DNA of 64,000 nt from Thalia democratica (taxonomy: Eukaryota), in NCBI GenBank assembly GCA_965202585.1, contig OZ241829.1:77810001-77874000 (forward strand). The letters run 5' to 3'. Below, in pieces: positions 52,085 through 64,000 of the stretch. The notes under the pieces are model-generated. The model did no database searches, had not been told where the DNA came from, and saw only the letters and a program-made list of their open reading frames with translations. Each line of letters begins with the position of its first letter. The first letter of the stretch is position 1. Both the position numbers and the translations under genes were made by a program.

Positions 52085-55000
52085 CTTTAATAAATTATAG
52101 TAACGCGTGTTTTACAATAAAAGAGAAAGTTAACCAAGTTTATTTCATTTATTGTTTTTGTTTTGTTTAACATTTTGTTTTAAAATACTTTGTTACTCTC
52201 ATTATTGTAAAAGATAATTTTTATTTATAACTTTGTTAGAACTTTTGTTACAATAAAGCATTTATAAAGGAAGAGGTGGTATATGAAATTATAATTTTAT
52301 AAAAGTGTTGAAAGAGTTTTGTTGTATAACTAACAGTTCGTAATATAGTATATAATTATATTGATCTTAAGTTATTTCTAATGATTGCATTGCATAAATT
52401 ATAATATGATGTAAGTACATGAATGTAAGTTTCTTATCACATTATTTTTTCATTAATTTTTAAAGGATATTCAGTTTTTTAAGTGCAAGATAACCAAAAT
52501 GTAAGTATGTAAAAATTTATTAAAGTTTAAATAGTTTAAATGTAGTTTAAATAGTTTTAAAATATAAATATATCTATTTAAAATAACGAGCTAATAAATA
52601 TATGTTATCAAAAAAAGTAAATCATCAAAAAGTTATTAGTATTAATACTGTACAGCTTTTTTACAAGTTTTAAATTTAATGCTATGATTTCTAATTCAAT
52701 TTGAGTCTTTTTTAAACCGCATATGTTTAAATTATTCAAAAATGCTTTTTATTTAAAATTTGTAGCGATTTATTCAAAAATTTAAATCGTAAGTTCTCTA
52801 AATGTGTAAAAACAGTAAGACTGTTAGGTTAAATATCGGTTTTAAATTTTTCACATATAATTTATATTTCAAAATTTCCACAGACACAATGATAATTTGC
52901 ATCAAACTAAATATTTTTTTGCAAGTTTGGAATAATAACTTATTAAAACCGAAAAAGTGTGATATAAGTAAACTATCGATACTCATGAAGAAGTTATTTA
53001 GAATTTACATTTGGTCAGGACTTCACCAACAACAGTTTGCAATGATTTTAAACATAAGTTTTAAACTATGACTTACGTACAGTTTGCTGTTTAAACATTT
53101 AACATTACAAAAAATTATTATATTTGATTTTGATTTTTTATTCTACAGAATTATAGGGAATAAAAGGTTAGCATCTGTTAGGCTTACTTAACTTTACACA
53201 GAGGTATGCATTTCATAAGCTGTTAAGATATGTGCTCTAGTTGTAAGTTCAAACAGTTTATAGTAAAACAAATTGTATAAGTTTGTCTGTTTATTTATTC
53301 ACTTAAACGTGAAGTAATTATTTCTTTATAAAGTTTAAAATTACTAATACAGTAGGGACGTAAGAAAGGTACGCAGTTTAAAAGGTATGCACTTGCGTAA
53401 AGTACGCACTAAAGTAGGCAAATGAATGCGACATAAGATGATTGTAAAAAATTCAAATGAAGTTTAAAAAGCTTAAATTTATTCTTTATATAGTTTATAG
53501 ATAAAAGTCTCATATTTTTAAAAATCGAGCAACTCTTTAACAAACTAAAGGAGACAGTATTTTTCATAAAAATGAGTTTATTTCAGCTGTATTTGATGCG
53601 AAAAATATAAAATTTGTTCAAATCTGTAAGACACCTTTTTATTGCTTCAAGGTTTGTACCTTCAAGGTTATTATACATTTAGAATTTCTATTTACTAAAC
53701 GTCGTTATGTAATCATTTACCTTTTCTTTACATGTAACCGTATTTTTATTGTTAAAAACCGTTTTTCTTAAACTGGAGAAAACCTTTTTCCATAATACAA
53801 GTTGGTAGAGGTCATTATCTAGACTTGACATTAACCAATTCAATGATGTTTTTTTAAGAAGTTAATCTGATTGTAATCAAAATTTAAATTTCTGTAGGCT
53901 ACTGGTTCGGGGGGATCGATCAAATATGATAAGAAACAAATATCTTATATTTGTCTTTTTAAACTCATTCAAGTCCCTAGCAAGTTGGCTGCTACTAGGC
54001 CTAAATAAATTATGTCCATAATAACTAGTAAACTTTGTTTGTGTATTAAATTTAAATTCTTAATAATTTAAAACTAATTTTGGGTCACCATCTACTTAAC
54101 GTAGAAATTTTAACAAAGGTAGCTGCTCAGATGCCGGTGTCATCATGAAAAATTTTACAATATGTGTTTGGTTATATTTGCAACGGGGGCCTGTCAACTA
54201 ACTGACTTGACGCGCTAATATAACGTAATTCTAAGATAGTTCTTAAGCTAGTTTGTACCGATCTTGTTAACTAATAAAGCAGGTTTGTAAACTGTTAATT
54301 GAACTTAAATTATTATTTTGATTAGTTATATAAGTGGTTGTTAAACCTTCACTACTGTTTATGCAAATAGGATTATAAAGCTGTTAGATAATTAAGCTAT
54401 TGTTTATTGTAGTAGATATATAAGAGGGGAATTAGATAAGATATATATAAGTAGGTTGTTAGAATGCTTAAACTACTGGTATAACTAAAGTCTATAAGTT
54501 TAAAGTATATTTACAATGAATATATGTGCTAAAAAATACAAAATGTGTTAGCAAAATAATACAAAACAGTGTACTTCATCTTAACAGCTCTTCAGTTCTG
54601 TAAAATAAAGATATTATTACTAGCGGGAGTATAAATGTAAAAGCTCGCGAGAAGATAAAACTCCTTAAGCAAAGGTAAAACCTAAAGTCAAACTTATGCA
54701 AGTTCATTGCTTATAAGATAAGATTTGACGGAAGATAATGAAAGAAGATGAAATTCTGCTAACTGTAGCAGAGCTGTACAACTGTATAACATAGTATAGT
54801 ACATATGATTTCAATTTATTTATTTAAGTACAATTTTCCAAAATTTTACTCTTTGTATAAAGTATATCACGATACATATTTTATATTTACATATTCTTAA
54901 TTAGCTCGGATTGTTTTTTGTGGGATGCGTCTAGTTGAAACATTCCTTCAGAAGTTTTTAATTAAAAATCAAAATTTCAATTTTAATTTTTTCCGTATAT

Positions 55001-57535
55001 TTTTTTTTCCTTTTCAGAAAGTTTTATTTGGTTGTATAAGAAATATTTTTAGTTTAGCTTAAAAGATTTACTTATTTTTAAATCGTTTGAATAGCTTTGT
55101 TGTTTTATGCTTTTCTTTACAAAATTGAAAAAAACTTGTTTATCGACGACTTTTTTTAATTAAACATAAGCGAACAAAACAAACAAAACAATAGTTTAAA
55201 ACTAAACTTAAAGATAAACAGTTTCTAAAGTTAACTCAATCAAAATTTCAAAATTCACAAACTATCTTGGTTATTGTTATACTTCTAACAGTTAGGTGTA
55301 ATGCTTCACATATATTAAAAGTTATAAGTGTAATATCTTAAAAGTTTATTACTGTTTTGCAGCTTGGTTCTTAAATTTCTTTTTACTTTAGCTAAATATC
55401 AATTTAATTTTCGATATCTTAATAATTTAAACCTATCGTAAAATGATTCTGAAAAAATAAAGTTATGTTAATAAATAAAACTACTAATAGGTTTACTTAT
55501 TGAATATTTAATTCAAACTATTTTTGCTCTAAATTTTACTTCTTAAAAAACATTACTACATATTTATTTAGTAGAGATTGTTTTGCGTTTTAATAAACTT
55601 TAATCATTTTTATCTAACCTTATTTAAATTCCCATTAAAGTTCTTCTAAAATTTTTAATGTTCACAATTTGTTTATAAGTTAATGATTTTGTGTAAACAT
55701 ACAAAGTATCATATTAAACTAATATATCTTGCATATCTTTTTATTAAAACCTATATGACTTGTCTTTATATAAACTATTAAATACTAATATTAACATTAG
55801 GTTATTTAACTAGCCAAATTATATATATTTATTTTAATAAAAACTAGCAAGTTTTTGAGGAAATAAAAAGTTTTTTTAAAAATGCTAAAAGTGTTAGTCT
55901 AAACTAACAAATAAAAAAATAAAAGCAATGTTAAAACTTTACTTTAATTACATTTCAAGTTTTACAAACATAAATTCATGATATGAATCTATAAAAGCGT
56001 TGCTTGTTTATTAATTATAATAGTAAAGAAATATACATATTTAAAATATATAAATACTTGATTTTACGAATTTTTAAATATGTTAATGGAATTTTGTTAA
56101 ACGTAATTTATTTAATTAAAACATTATTAAATCAGAAAAAGTAAACATTTTATCAGAGCACGTTTTTTGTTGTTTATACTTGTAAAATAACAACTTTTAT
56201 TTTCTGTTCAAATTTCCTTGAGTAGCTTTTCATTAGTAAATCCCATAATATAGTAATTTGATTAAGTTTACCTTATAAACAGTACTAACTTATTTTTTTG
56301 ATTTCAAATTAAAAATAATTGTTTATACTTTTTTTTAACAGTAAAGCAAAGCATTTATTTTATATTTACAAATTTAAAGTATGTAATCGTATAAAATCCG
56401 TCCGTTAAATCTTAATTTTTCAAGTTCTATAAGAACATGTTTTGATTTCAGATTATTTTAATCAGTTAAGTTTAAGAACATAAAATAAGTTGAAGAAATA
56501 TTAGTTAAATTGTACACGTAGAGAAATCTGCTTTGAAGGCTGTCAGCTTCTAATAAAATCACATAACATTTATAACAAGATGTTAACAAATAGGTTACTT
56601 TAAAATAATAAAAGTCTTATCGAAATTTTATTTTACTCATCATCTTTATCAAAATACTTCTAGGTTTTGATTGTCTGTTTGTGGCAGTTTTTCTTTAAAT
56701 AAAAGTAAATAATCAGAAACTTAAGTAAAATGCAATAATAAATATGTTGTCAGAAGTAAAAAATTTGTAGAAAAAGCAAAAGTTTTTAGTACTTACAATT
56801 AATAGTTAGACATTACTTCAACTAAATTGATTAGTTAAATTTGTATAAAAAGAACTAATTAAAAGTAACAAAAATTCAAAAAAAAGTTTTAAATTTTCAA
56901 AACTTTTTTATATTGAATTGTCTTAAATTTTCAGATTTTTTTTGTAAATATAGAGCAGAAACAGAGCAAATGTTAATATTAAGGAAAACTTAAGTAAAAT
57001 GTGTAAAAGTTCACTACATTAAATTGTATCAAAAACTATGTTTAAGGTTTATGGGAATCATATTTTGCTTTACTATAAATAAATATCTTAATTATGTCAC
57101 CGAAAAACCAAAGATTTTCAAATTATAATTTTTATAAAAAAAATATCTGATATCTTTATGTTAGTTTTATCACTCAATTGACTGCATTTTGTAATCAATA
57201 ATTTATTTAAGGCTAAAATATATTATATGAAGTATAAATGTTTAGTGTAAACTGAATTAATTATAAAATAATCCAAAATTATACTTTTTTATGTTAAACA
57301 CAACATCTGGTTACCAAATTTGAGTAAAATATATAAAAAACACTTTTTAGTTAGTATCTGTATAATTTTTTCACTTATTAATATGTTATGTTAAGTGTGC
57401 ATATCTTGATGATAATTGCTTTTTGAAAAGGGTAAAAATTGTTTACTGAAATATTTAAAGACTTTGTTTTTATTATTATAATTTGCATTAATTTTCTGTG
57501 TTTAGACTAACTTTATTTCTAGCAAAATAATTCAG

Positions 57536-58497
57536 ATGCATGAAAAAAACAAGTCAATTCCTTTTCATGTGCCAAAATATTTGTATGAAAACAGATATTG
57601 TAACCAAGAAGGCTTCAGTATTTTGATTTGTGGAGGAAAAGACAAAAATAAAAAAATACAAACGAAGCTATAGAGTTGGAAATACCTAGTATGAATGTTA
57701 ATGAATTCCCTTCAATGGTAGAACTGCATTATTATTTCTACTTAGCTACTATTAAATCTGATATTACAGCTTTTGTGTTAGTCCAGAACTAAATTGCTTT
57801 TTAAATGAGTTCAATTTATTTCTTGAAATTTATTCTGGAAAAACAAAAACTTGGACTAATCACATTGTTGGAAAGAAAAAACGGTATTGCTATTGTGTCA
57901 GTTCATTCATGAGTGAATTGTATTTAATAGGAGGGTGGGTCGGAAGCAGTGGGCAAAGTGTTAGTTGGTCTCACAGATACGACATCAGAAGAAGAATATG
58001 GAATGAAATATCAGATTTAAATGTAGCAAGAGATATTGCTAAATGTAAAGTTTTTGAAGGTAAAATTGTTGTTACAGGAAGTAACAAAAGTTGGTCTACA
58101 TTAAAAACAGTAGAGGTATATGACTATCATGAAAACAAATGGACATTTGTATCTGATATGATCGAAAAAAGATGTAATCATGCTGCAGTTAGTATGGGTA
58201 AAAAAATGTTTGTTATTGGTGGATACTATAATACAAGCTGCGAAGTATTTGATAGTTTTTCAAGAAAGTTCACAAAAGTTTACTCAGAAATTAAAGTTCG
58301 CAATTTAGAAAAGCAGTAATTTAATGCTTTCAGCATTGGCAATAATATTGTGATATTTCAAAGTTTTAGAAAACCTTACATTTCTTACAGAAATAGTTGT
58401 TTACTTAAACGATGTTGAAAAACAAAAATGGCTAAACAAACAATATGGTTTTACTAAATACTTTTTTAATTTAAGTTATGTGAAGTACTTTACCTAA
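57536..58497 (+). pseudogene. K13: Kelch pseudogene (paralog of K5)
   Basis: ATG 57536 (MHEKNKSIPFHVPKYLYENRYC); frameshift and stops near 57780-57805; stop at 58317-58319; ends YVKYFT-TAA at 58495-58497. Confidence 0.9.
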
Positions 58498-60265
58498 TTT
58501 CAAAAACTTTAGGAAACGAGTGCAGCAGTATTTTTAAAAGTTTATTAAGTTTTAGTTAAACTTTGAAACTGTAACCTATTTTTCATGATCGACTCAAGCT
58601 TTTGTTGTAGAACATATTGTTTTTTGAATACAATTTCCTTATTTAAGTTTCAATTTTACATTGAACTAAAGCATTGAAAACAGAAAAATTATTGGGGATG
58701 TCAACTTAGTTTTTGAAATAAGACCAATCTAACCTGTGATGTAATTAAAAACTTTTTTTCCGAATCACTCATTTTCTAAGTCAAGTTTTAAATATGTTAA
58801 TACTAGATGCATTCAATATAACTAAGTATTATTTAATACAAAGGATGAACTTCTTATAGAGCAGAAAAATAAGTTAAAGCTTTTCATTGGAGCTTAAAAC
58901 CTGTTTGAATCTTTAAAAAACAAATGCATCAAAAAAAAAAGACAATAACATGAAATTTATGTCATATAATAAGGCATGACACATATCTATTATAAATCCA
59001 TAATTATAAAAGTATTTTGTTCTAATTTCCTTAAAATGTTTTGTGTAAATTAAGCTAGTGATAATTAAAAGCATTATCCCTGACTAAGAAATTATGGATT
59101 TATACAATAATCCTATCGTAAGTTAAAAAACAATAGTAAAAATTTAAAACTTGTAAAATATTTGCTTCGCTTGCTAACAAACACTTTTATTTATTAATAA
59201 GTAGACCTTTAAAATGCTTTAAATTGTTAGTAGTATATAGTGCTTTTTTTTGGATTTATGTTAGTAAGAGTATAATTTAGATTTTTTATTCCGAAGTTAA
59301 CCATATTTTCAAGCTTAAGTTGTTGAAGTTTTAGTATTTTAAAATACATCTGTTGTTCATGTGTTTTTATTTAAAAATCAGTTTTATATACTTGAAAAGT
59401 AAAATATAAGTTCGAAATATCTATGTAGCTTATAAACTAATTACTTCTTGATTGTTCAAAATTCATAAAAGGTAAGTTTTAAATGATTGAATTTAATAAA
59501 CCAAAATGAAAATAGTATTTTTTTACTTGAATTATATTTGTTTTTCTTGAAGTTTGTAAAACTTTTTCAAAATGTAGATGTATAATGACAAGTTTCAAAA
59601 TCAAGAGTTTTATAACTATAATTAAAAATGACATAGTTTTTTGATGGATCAAAATATTAAATTGGTCTAAAATCAGACTTTCTATTCTTTACTTTTTAAC
59701 ATAAATGAAAAGGTCATTAATTTAAACAAAAGTCTATTTCCAAGAAAATGTTGCTCGAAGGTTCGCATAATTCTGAAAAAGTGTTTTTTACGGACCAGGA
59801 TTCAAAATTACAGTTGTTAACTTAATTAATAACCAGTATATCAAAAAATGAAGACTAAATCAGTCTCAATTGCTATTTATCAAAGTAGAACCAAACTTGT
59901 TAGTTTTTACTGCGAAAAACTTCAATTTATTGTTTGTTTAAAATATTATATATCTAGCTGTATACTACCTCGTAAGTCAATTATTATTTTAAGTGCCACA
60001 TTCAGCCCGCGGACCGAAGCTTGTCAAATCTTTGATTTTTCAGCATTAAACACAGTGCTTTTTAATAAGCTTGGTACTTTATGGAAAAAACGAACTACAT
60101 TTTTACATTTAAACAAGTATGAAAACTGTTATTTCACAAAACATTAATGTTTTAAGTTTTAATCTACTGGTGAGACAATTTTTTTTTAGTTAAATACATC
60201 TCGTAGTTATAAACATTTATTTTTTATATATTTTCAACTTTTTTCTGTTTTTTCACTATCGTTTA

Positions 60266-60347
60266 AAAATTACCCTTCGTGCAAAATTATCTTCGTGCAA
60301 TTCGGTTTTTGTGCAATTTTGTCCACTTGCAGTTTTGACCCGTTCCC
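60266..60347 (+). repeat. GTGCAA minisatellite element, copy 3
   Basis: About 4-5 units of CTTCGTGCAA..., ending GACCCGTTCCC. Confidence 0.75.
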
Positions 60348-60877
60348 ATACTTTGCATATGTCGCCGCAAATTTTGACGCAAAATTCAACTCTTATTGGA
60401 AAAATTTCGAGTTAAATTGTCAACAAAATCAATCAAATATTTGAGGCACCTAATAAATTTATCTAAAAAATTTTCCGGTTACATGACAACTTTAATACCG
60501 ACAATTCAAATTATTAAAAAAAACATTTATGAAACAATGACTTAAAAAGTAAAGAATTTGCAACGAACTTCATTTGGTTATATAGAACTTATTTTAAGTT
60601 TAGTTGAAAATTTGAGTAATCCAATAAAACTTTCACTAATTGAAAATAGATAGCATAAGCTGTTTTTTTATACTATTCTAACCAAAAAGAACTTAATTAT
60701 TAACAAAAACATTTTTTTATTAAACATAAGCGAGGCAAAGCAAACAAAGCAAAACTATAAACAAAATCTAATAATAATTTATAGTTAAAAAATAAACCCA
60801 AACGAATTAAAAGTTTTGACTCATTACACGTTATATATCCAATATTATTGTCTATGCGTTCCTAATGTTTCTGAAAA

Positions 60878-61829
60878 CTAGGTGTTGTACTAAACAAATC
60901 TTGATTGAAAAATATATTCAGTAAAATCTCTGTGAATGTACAACCACTTTTCTTTTTTAACATCGTATAAGTAAATAACACTTACTGCGTAAGTTTCGTG
61001 AAAGACAACAATATTTTTGCCAATACAAACTGCATTGAAATTCACTTTTTGGAAATCTGGTAAAATATCTGAAGTAATTTTTGTGAAAATTCTGGAACTA
61101 CTATCAAATACTTCACAACTTGTAGTAAAATTTCCACCAATAACAAACATTTTATCACCCATGCTAACTGCAGCATGATAAAATCTTTCTTCAATCATAT
61201 CAGGTAAAAAAATCCATTTATTTTCATGATGATCATATGCTTCTACTGATTTCAATGCTCCATTATCATATTTGTAGCTACCAATAACAACAATTTTACC
61301 TTAAAAAACTGTACATTCAGCACAATCTCTTGCTACATTTAGATGTGCTTTTTCATTCCATATATTACTATTGATATCATAAGTATAACATGAACCATGA
61401 GTTTTATCACTGCTATCTATATAACCACTAATCAAATACAGTTTATTCATAAACGAAGTAACACAATAACAAGACTTATCTTTCATTTCCACATACTGAT
61501 GATTCCATTTTTTAGTTTTTTTTAGAGTAAGTTTCAACAGATAAAAATGAATCATCTAAACTTTCATTAAATTTTGTTGTGTTCCCAATAGCAATTACAT
61601 CAGATTTAATAGTAATTAAGTCTAAGTAGTAATACGGTTCTACCATTGAAGGAAATTTGTTCACTTTAAAACTAGGTATTTTTACTTCTAAAACTTCGTT
61701 TTTCATATATCCATTTTCGTCTGTTCCTCCACAAATCAAAATACTGAAGCCTTCTTGGCTACAATATCTGTTTTCATACAAAACTTTTGGTACATGAAAA
61801 GGATTTGAGTTGCTTTCCTCATGCATCAT
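60878..61829 (-). pseudogene. K14: Kelch pseudogene
   Basis: Three ORF fragments (61512-61829, 61301-61555, 60890-61255) indicate two frameshifts; a premature TAG at 60890 replaces the conserved K of FVKY. Confidence 0.9.
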
Positions 61830-63923
61830 GGATATTTCTCAAAAAATTAAATTAGTCTAAAAACAAGAAAATAATTAAGGTGGAAAATTGTAAAAAACAA
61901 AATGTGAAAATTTTCAGTAGAAAATAAAGACAATTGAAAAACGAATAATTAGTGGAAACAATCAGTAAAGAATATTTAAAATTAAGATAACAATATAGTA
62001 AGTACAAGTTATATTTAGCTTCTAAATGACTTACTCTCTATCTTCTCTTTATGAATTATTTGACTAAAATTTGGTTAACAATTGTTGTGGTTTAACCTTG
62101 TTGTGTTTTAACTAAAAAGTTTAAATCGCTCTCGGAATAGTTTAAAACTTTCATAAAAACAATTTAAAAATATAACTCTTGATTTAAGAGTGTACTAAAG
62201 GAAATATGCATAATAAATAATACTGAATGAAAGTATAAATTAAACTATTTATTTAACTAGTTAGTAAATATTAGTTACTCCTAGTTCAAAAGCTTTAAAA
62301 ACTAAAATTTAATAGCTGTTAAAACCAATTAATCCATTTCGAAATTGTAAACGAACTTATATCAGTAATAGCACATAGTGTATTAAACCAAAAAGAACTT
62401 TATTGAAAAACATCAATCATTAAATTTTAAAATTAGGTATCTTTAAATTATTGCTATGTTTCATTATTAAAAATATTCTAGTTAATTTTCAGTAAAAGCA
62501 AATAACTTGAACAAAGTTTAACTAAAAACTAGTCAATTATCAGGTAATTTTAAATTGTTGTAAATGTTAGATATAAGTTTAGCTACTTAGGTATGAACCC
62601 AATTAATTAACTTCATATTTGGGGAAGAAAAAAAGACTTTATATATTGCTAAACAATTTTTCATTAGCTTATTTTTTTAAAATAAACTATTTTAGTTATA
62701 TTATACTTCATTTGTTAATCTGTTTTATATTATCAATTTTTAATCGGTATACTATAAATTTCTAAAACAGTATAAACTTGAGACAGTCCAAAACTTTATA
62801 TTAACCTACAATGTATTGATATAAATTACTAAAGTTGAACTTTCTTCTTTCGATTTTCTAAACAAATAAAACATTTATTTTCTAGTACAGCCACCCTTTT
62901 AAGATAATATTTAGAGTTTAAAAAAATAAAATAGCAGCTTATTTTTATCATAAGTAAACCAACAAGCTTAATTAAAGAAATGTGTTTTTTAATTGATTAT
63001 TGTAATATTTTTGAATGCGTGTTAAAGTAATTGTAAATAAGTTGTAAGCCTAAAATCATTGCTGTATTGTTAAAAACAGTGACTTTATTTTCAATTTATC
63101 ACTTTTAACTAAAAAAAAAAACTTATTTCAATTTGTGTAAATGATTTAGATATTTGATGATAAAATTAAACCTTTTTTTGTTTAAAATAGTTAAAACTTA
63201 AAAGACTTCTATATTAAAAGATTTTATGATAGTAAACTAACTTTGTAATAACTGTATAGCAACGTCTGTCATCCTTAGTCATTTTAACTACTGTAAACTT
63301 AATTGAATGATTTCATTTACTCAAAAGAAATACTTTAAAGTATAAAACCTAAAAAATACATGATTATTGATTTTTAATGAAATCAAATAAATAATTATTT
63401 GTTTTTATAAGTTTTACTCCTTTAATTACTTAAATCCTTTCATACATACTAACTATTATTTTTTAATATATAATACTGATAATAGTCTTTAAATTTTAAA
63501 TTTTAAGGTTAAAAGTTAGGACTAAACTTAACTTACTGTTTAGTCAACTAAACAATTTAACTTGTTTTTATAGTGAATGTTATGTATTTAAAGTTTTTTC
63601 TGCTTCGTTAATAAGTAATTCAAGTAAACAGTACTTTTTTTTTGAAGTCTTCAAAATTTCTATGAATTTCTAAAATTTTTAAAGGTAATTTTTTAAGTTC
63701 AAACAAAAAGTTTGTTAATACTAATATACTAACTCACAAGTTTAATCAAATATAATAAAATATATAACTTTCCCTAACTATATTTTTAATTTTAGGCTTG
63801 CGTATTACTTAATAATTACTTATTTGAAAAATAAGATAGACATATTTTTTTACTGAAATTTATTTAAAATTTATCATATTTTGTTTAAGCCTCTGTTTTT
63901 AGACTTACTTTTTCTATTGCAAA

Positions 63924-64000
63924 ATGTCTATGATGTGTAAAATTAATAAGTCAATTCCTTTTCAAGTACCAGCAGTTTTGTACGAAAACAGATATTGTAA
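63924..64000 (+). CDS. K15: 5' end of another Kelch gene (runs off the window; closest to K4)
   Basis: MSMMCKINKSIPFQVPAVLYENRYC is open to the window end and preceded by TTTTTAG|ACT. Its intactness cannot be judged. Confidence 0.75.
   Translation, partial: MSMMCKINKSIPFQVPAVLYENRYC

Larger units (their letters stand above)
46416..52354 (+). repeat. Copy B of the recent direct segmental duplication (partner 1-5854)
   Basis: Colinear near-identity with 1-5854 at an offset of about 46.4 kb. Confidence 0.95.

Noticed and set aside
53350-54250. GC-richer patches, including a short AAAGGTACGCA-like triple repeat
   Set aside because: No convincing ORF, termini or second copy in the window; probably old repeat debris.
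9494-60147. Isolated 60-99 aa ORFs (9494, 14797, 17985, 18522, 19332, 24096, 26557, 30342, 52798, 52802, 59848)
   Set aside because: F/L/I/K-rich composition expected from random AT-rich DNA, with no motifs; several begin at non-ATG codons.
1-64000. Poxvirus or giant-virus Kelch gene array, or a prokaryotic locus
   Set aside because: Low coding density, splice-acceptor-like sites, LINE and MITE remnants, many pseudogenes and no viral core or prokaryotic genes point to a eukaryotic nuclear genome.
1661-64000. Diversity-generating retroelement acting on the Kelch genes
   Set aside because: No intact reverse transcriptase and no template/variable repeat pair with adenine-specific differences; the variation fits duplication and conversion.
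1661-64000. Dscam/protocadherin-style alternative terminal exons of one BTB gene
   Set aside because: Copies lie on both strands, acceptor-to-ATG phase differs among intact copies (28, 29, 32 nt) and no BTB exon is visible. It is not fully excluded without cDNA.

Overview
Very AT-rich (roughly 20-25% GC by eye), gene-sparse DNA from a eukaryotic nuclear scaffold, most likely an invertebrate; the species cannot be identified from sequence alone. There is a 267-N gap at 25554-25820. The window is dominated by an expanded cluster of 15 single-coding-exon Kelch beta-propeller genes (K1-K15) on both strands, none with a BTB/BACK domain. Four are intact (K6 19716-20681, K7 22983-23927, K8 32574-33536, K10 42763-43719). 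K1 carries one nonsense codon, nine are frameshifted or truncated pseudogenes, and K15 is cut by the window end. The cluster was built by direct and inverted segmental duplications (1-5854 ~ 46416-52354; 18640-23930 inverted ~ 37740-44720; 9430-11420 inverted ~ 29640-31450). It shows divergent gene pairs, variable propeller-face loops and mosaic, conversion-like patches. Each gene has a splice-acceptor-like site 28-32 nt before the start and many share a CAGTACT motif about 300 nt upstream. Also present: a decayed non-Kelch orphan gene (27502-28983) with a paralogous remnant, two minimal hammerhead-ribozyme-like motifs (26351, 36302), several MITE/foldback elements, hAT-like termini, a CR1/L2 LINE remnant and minisatellite-bearing repeats. 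No rRNA, tRNA or CRISPR array was found.
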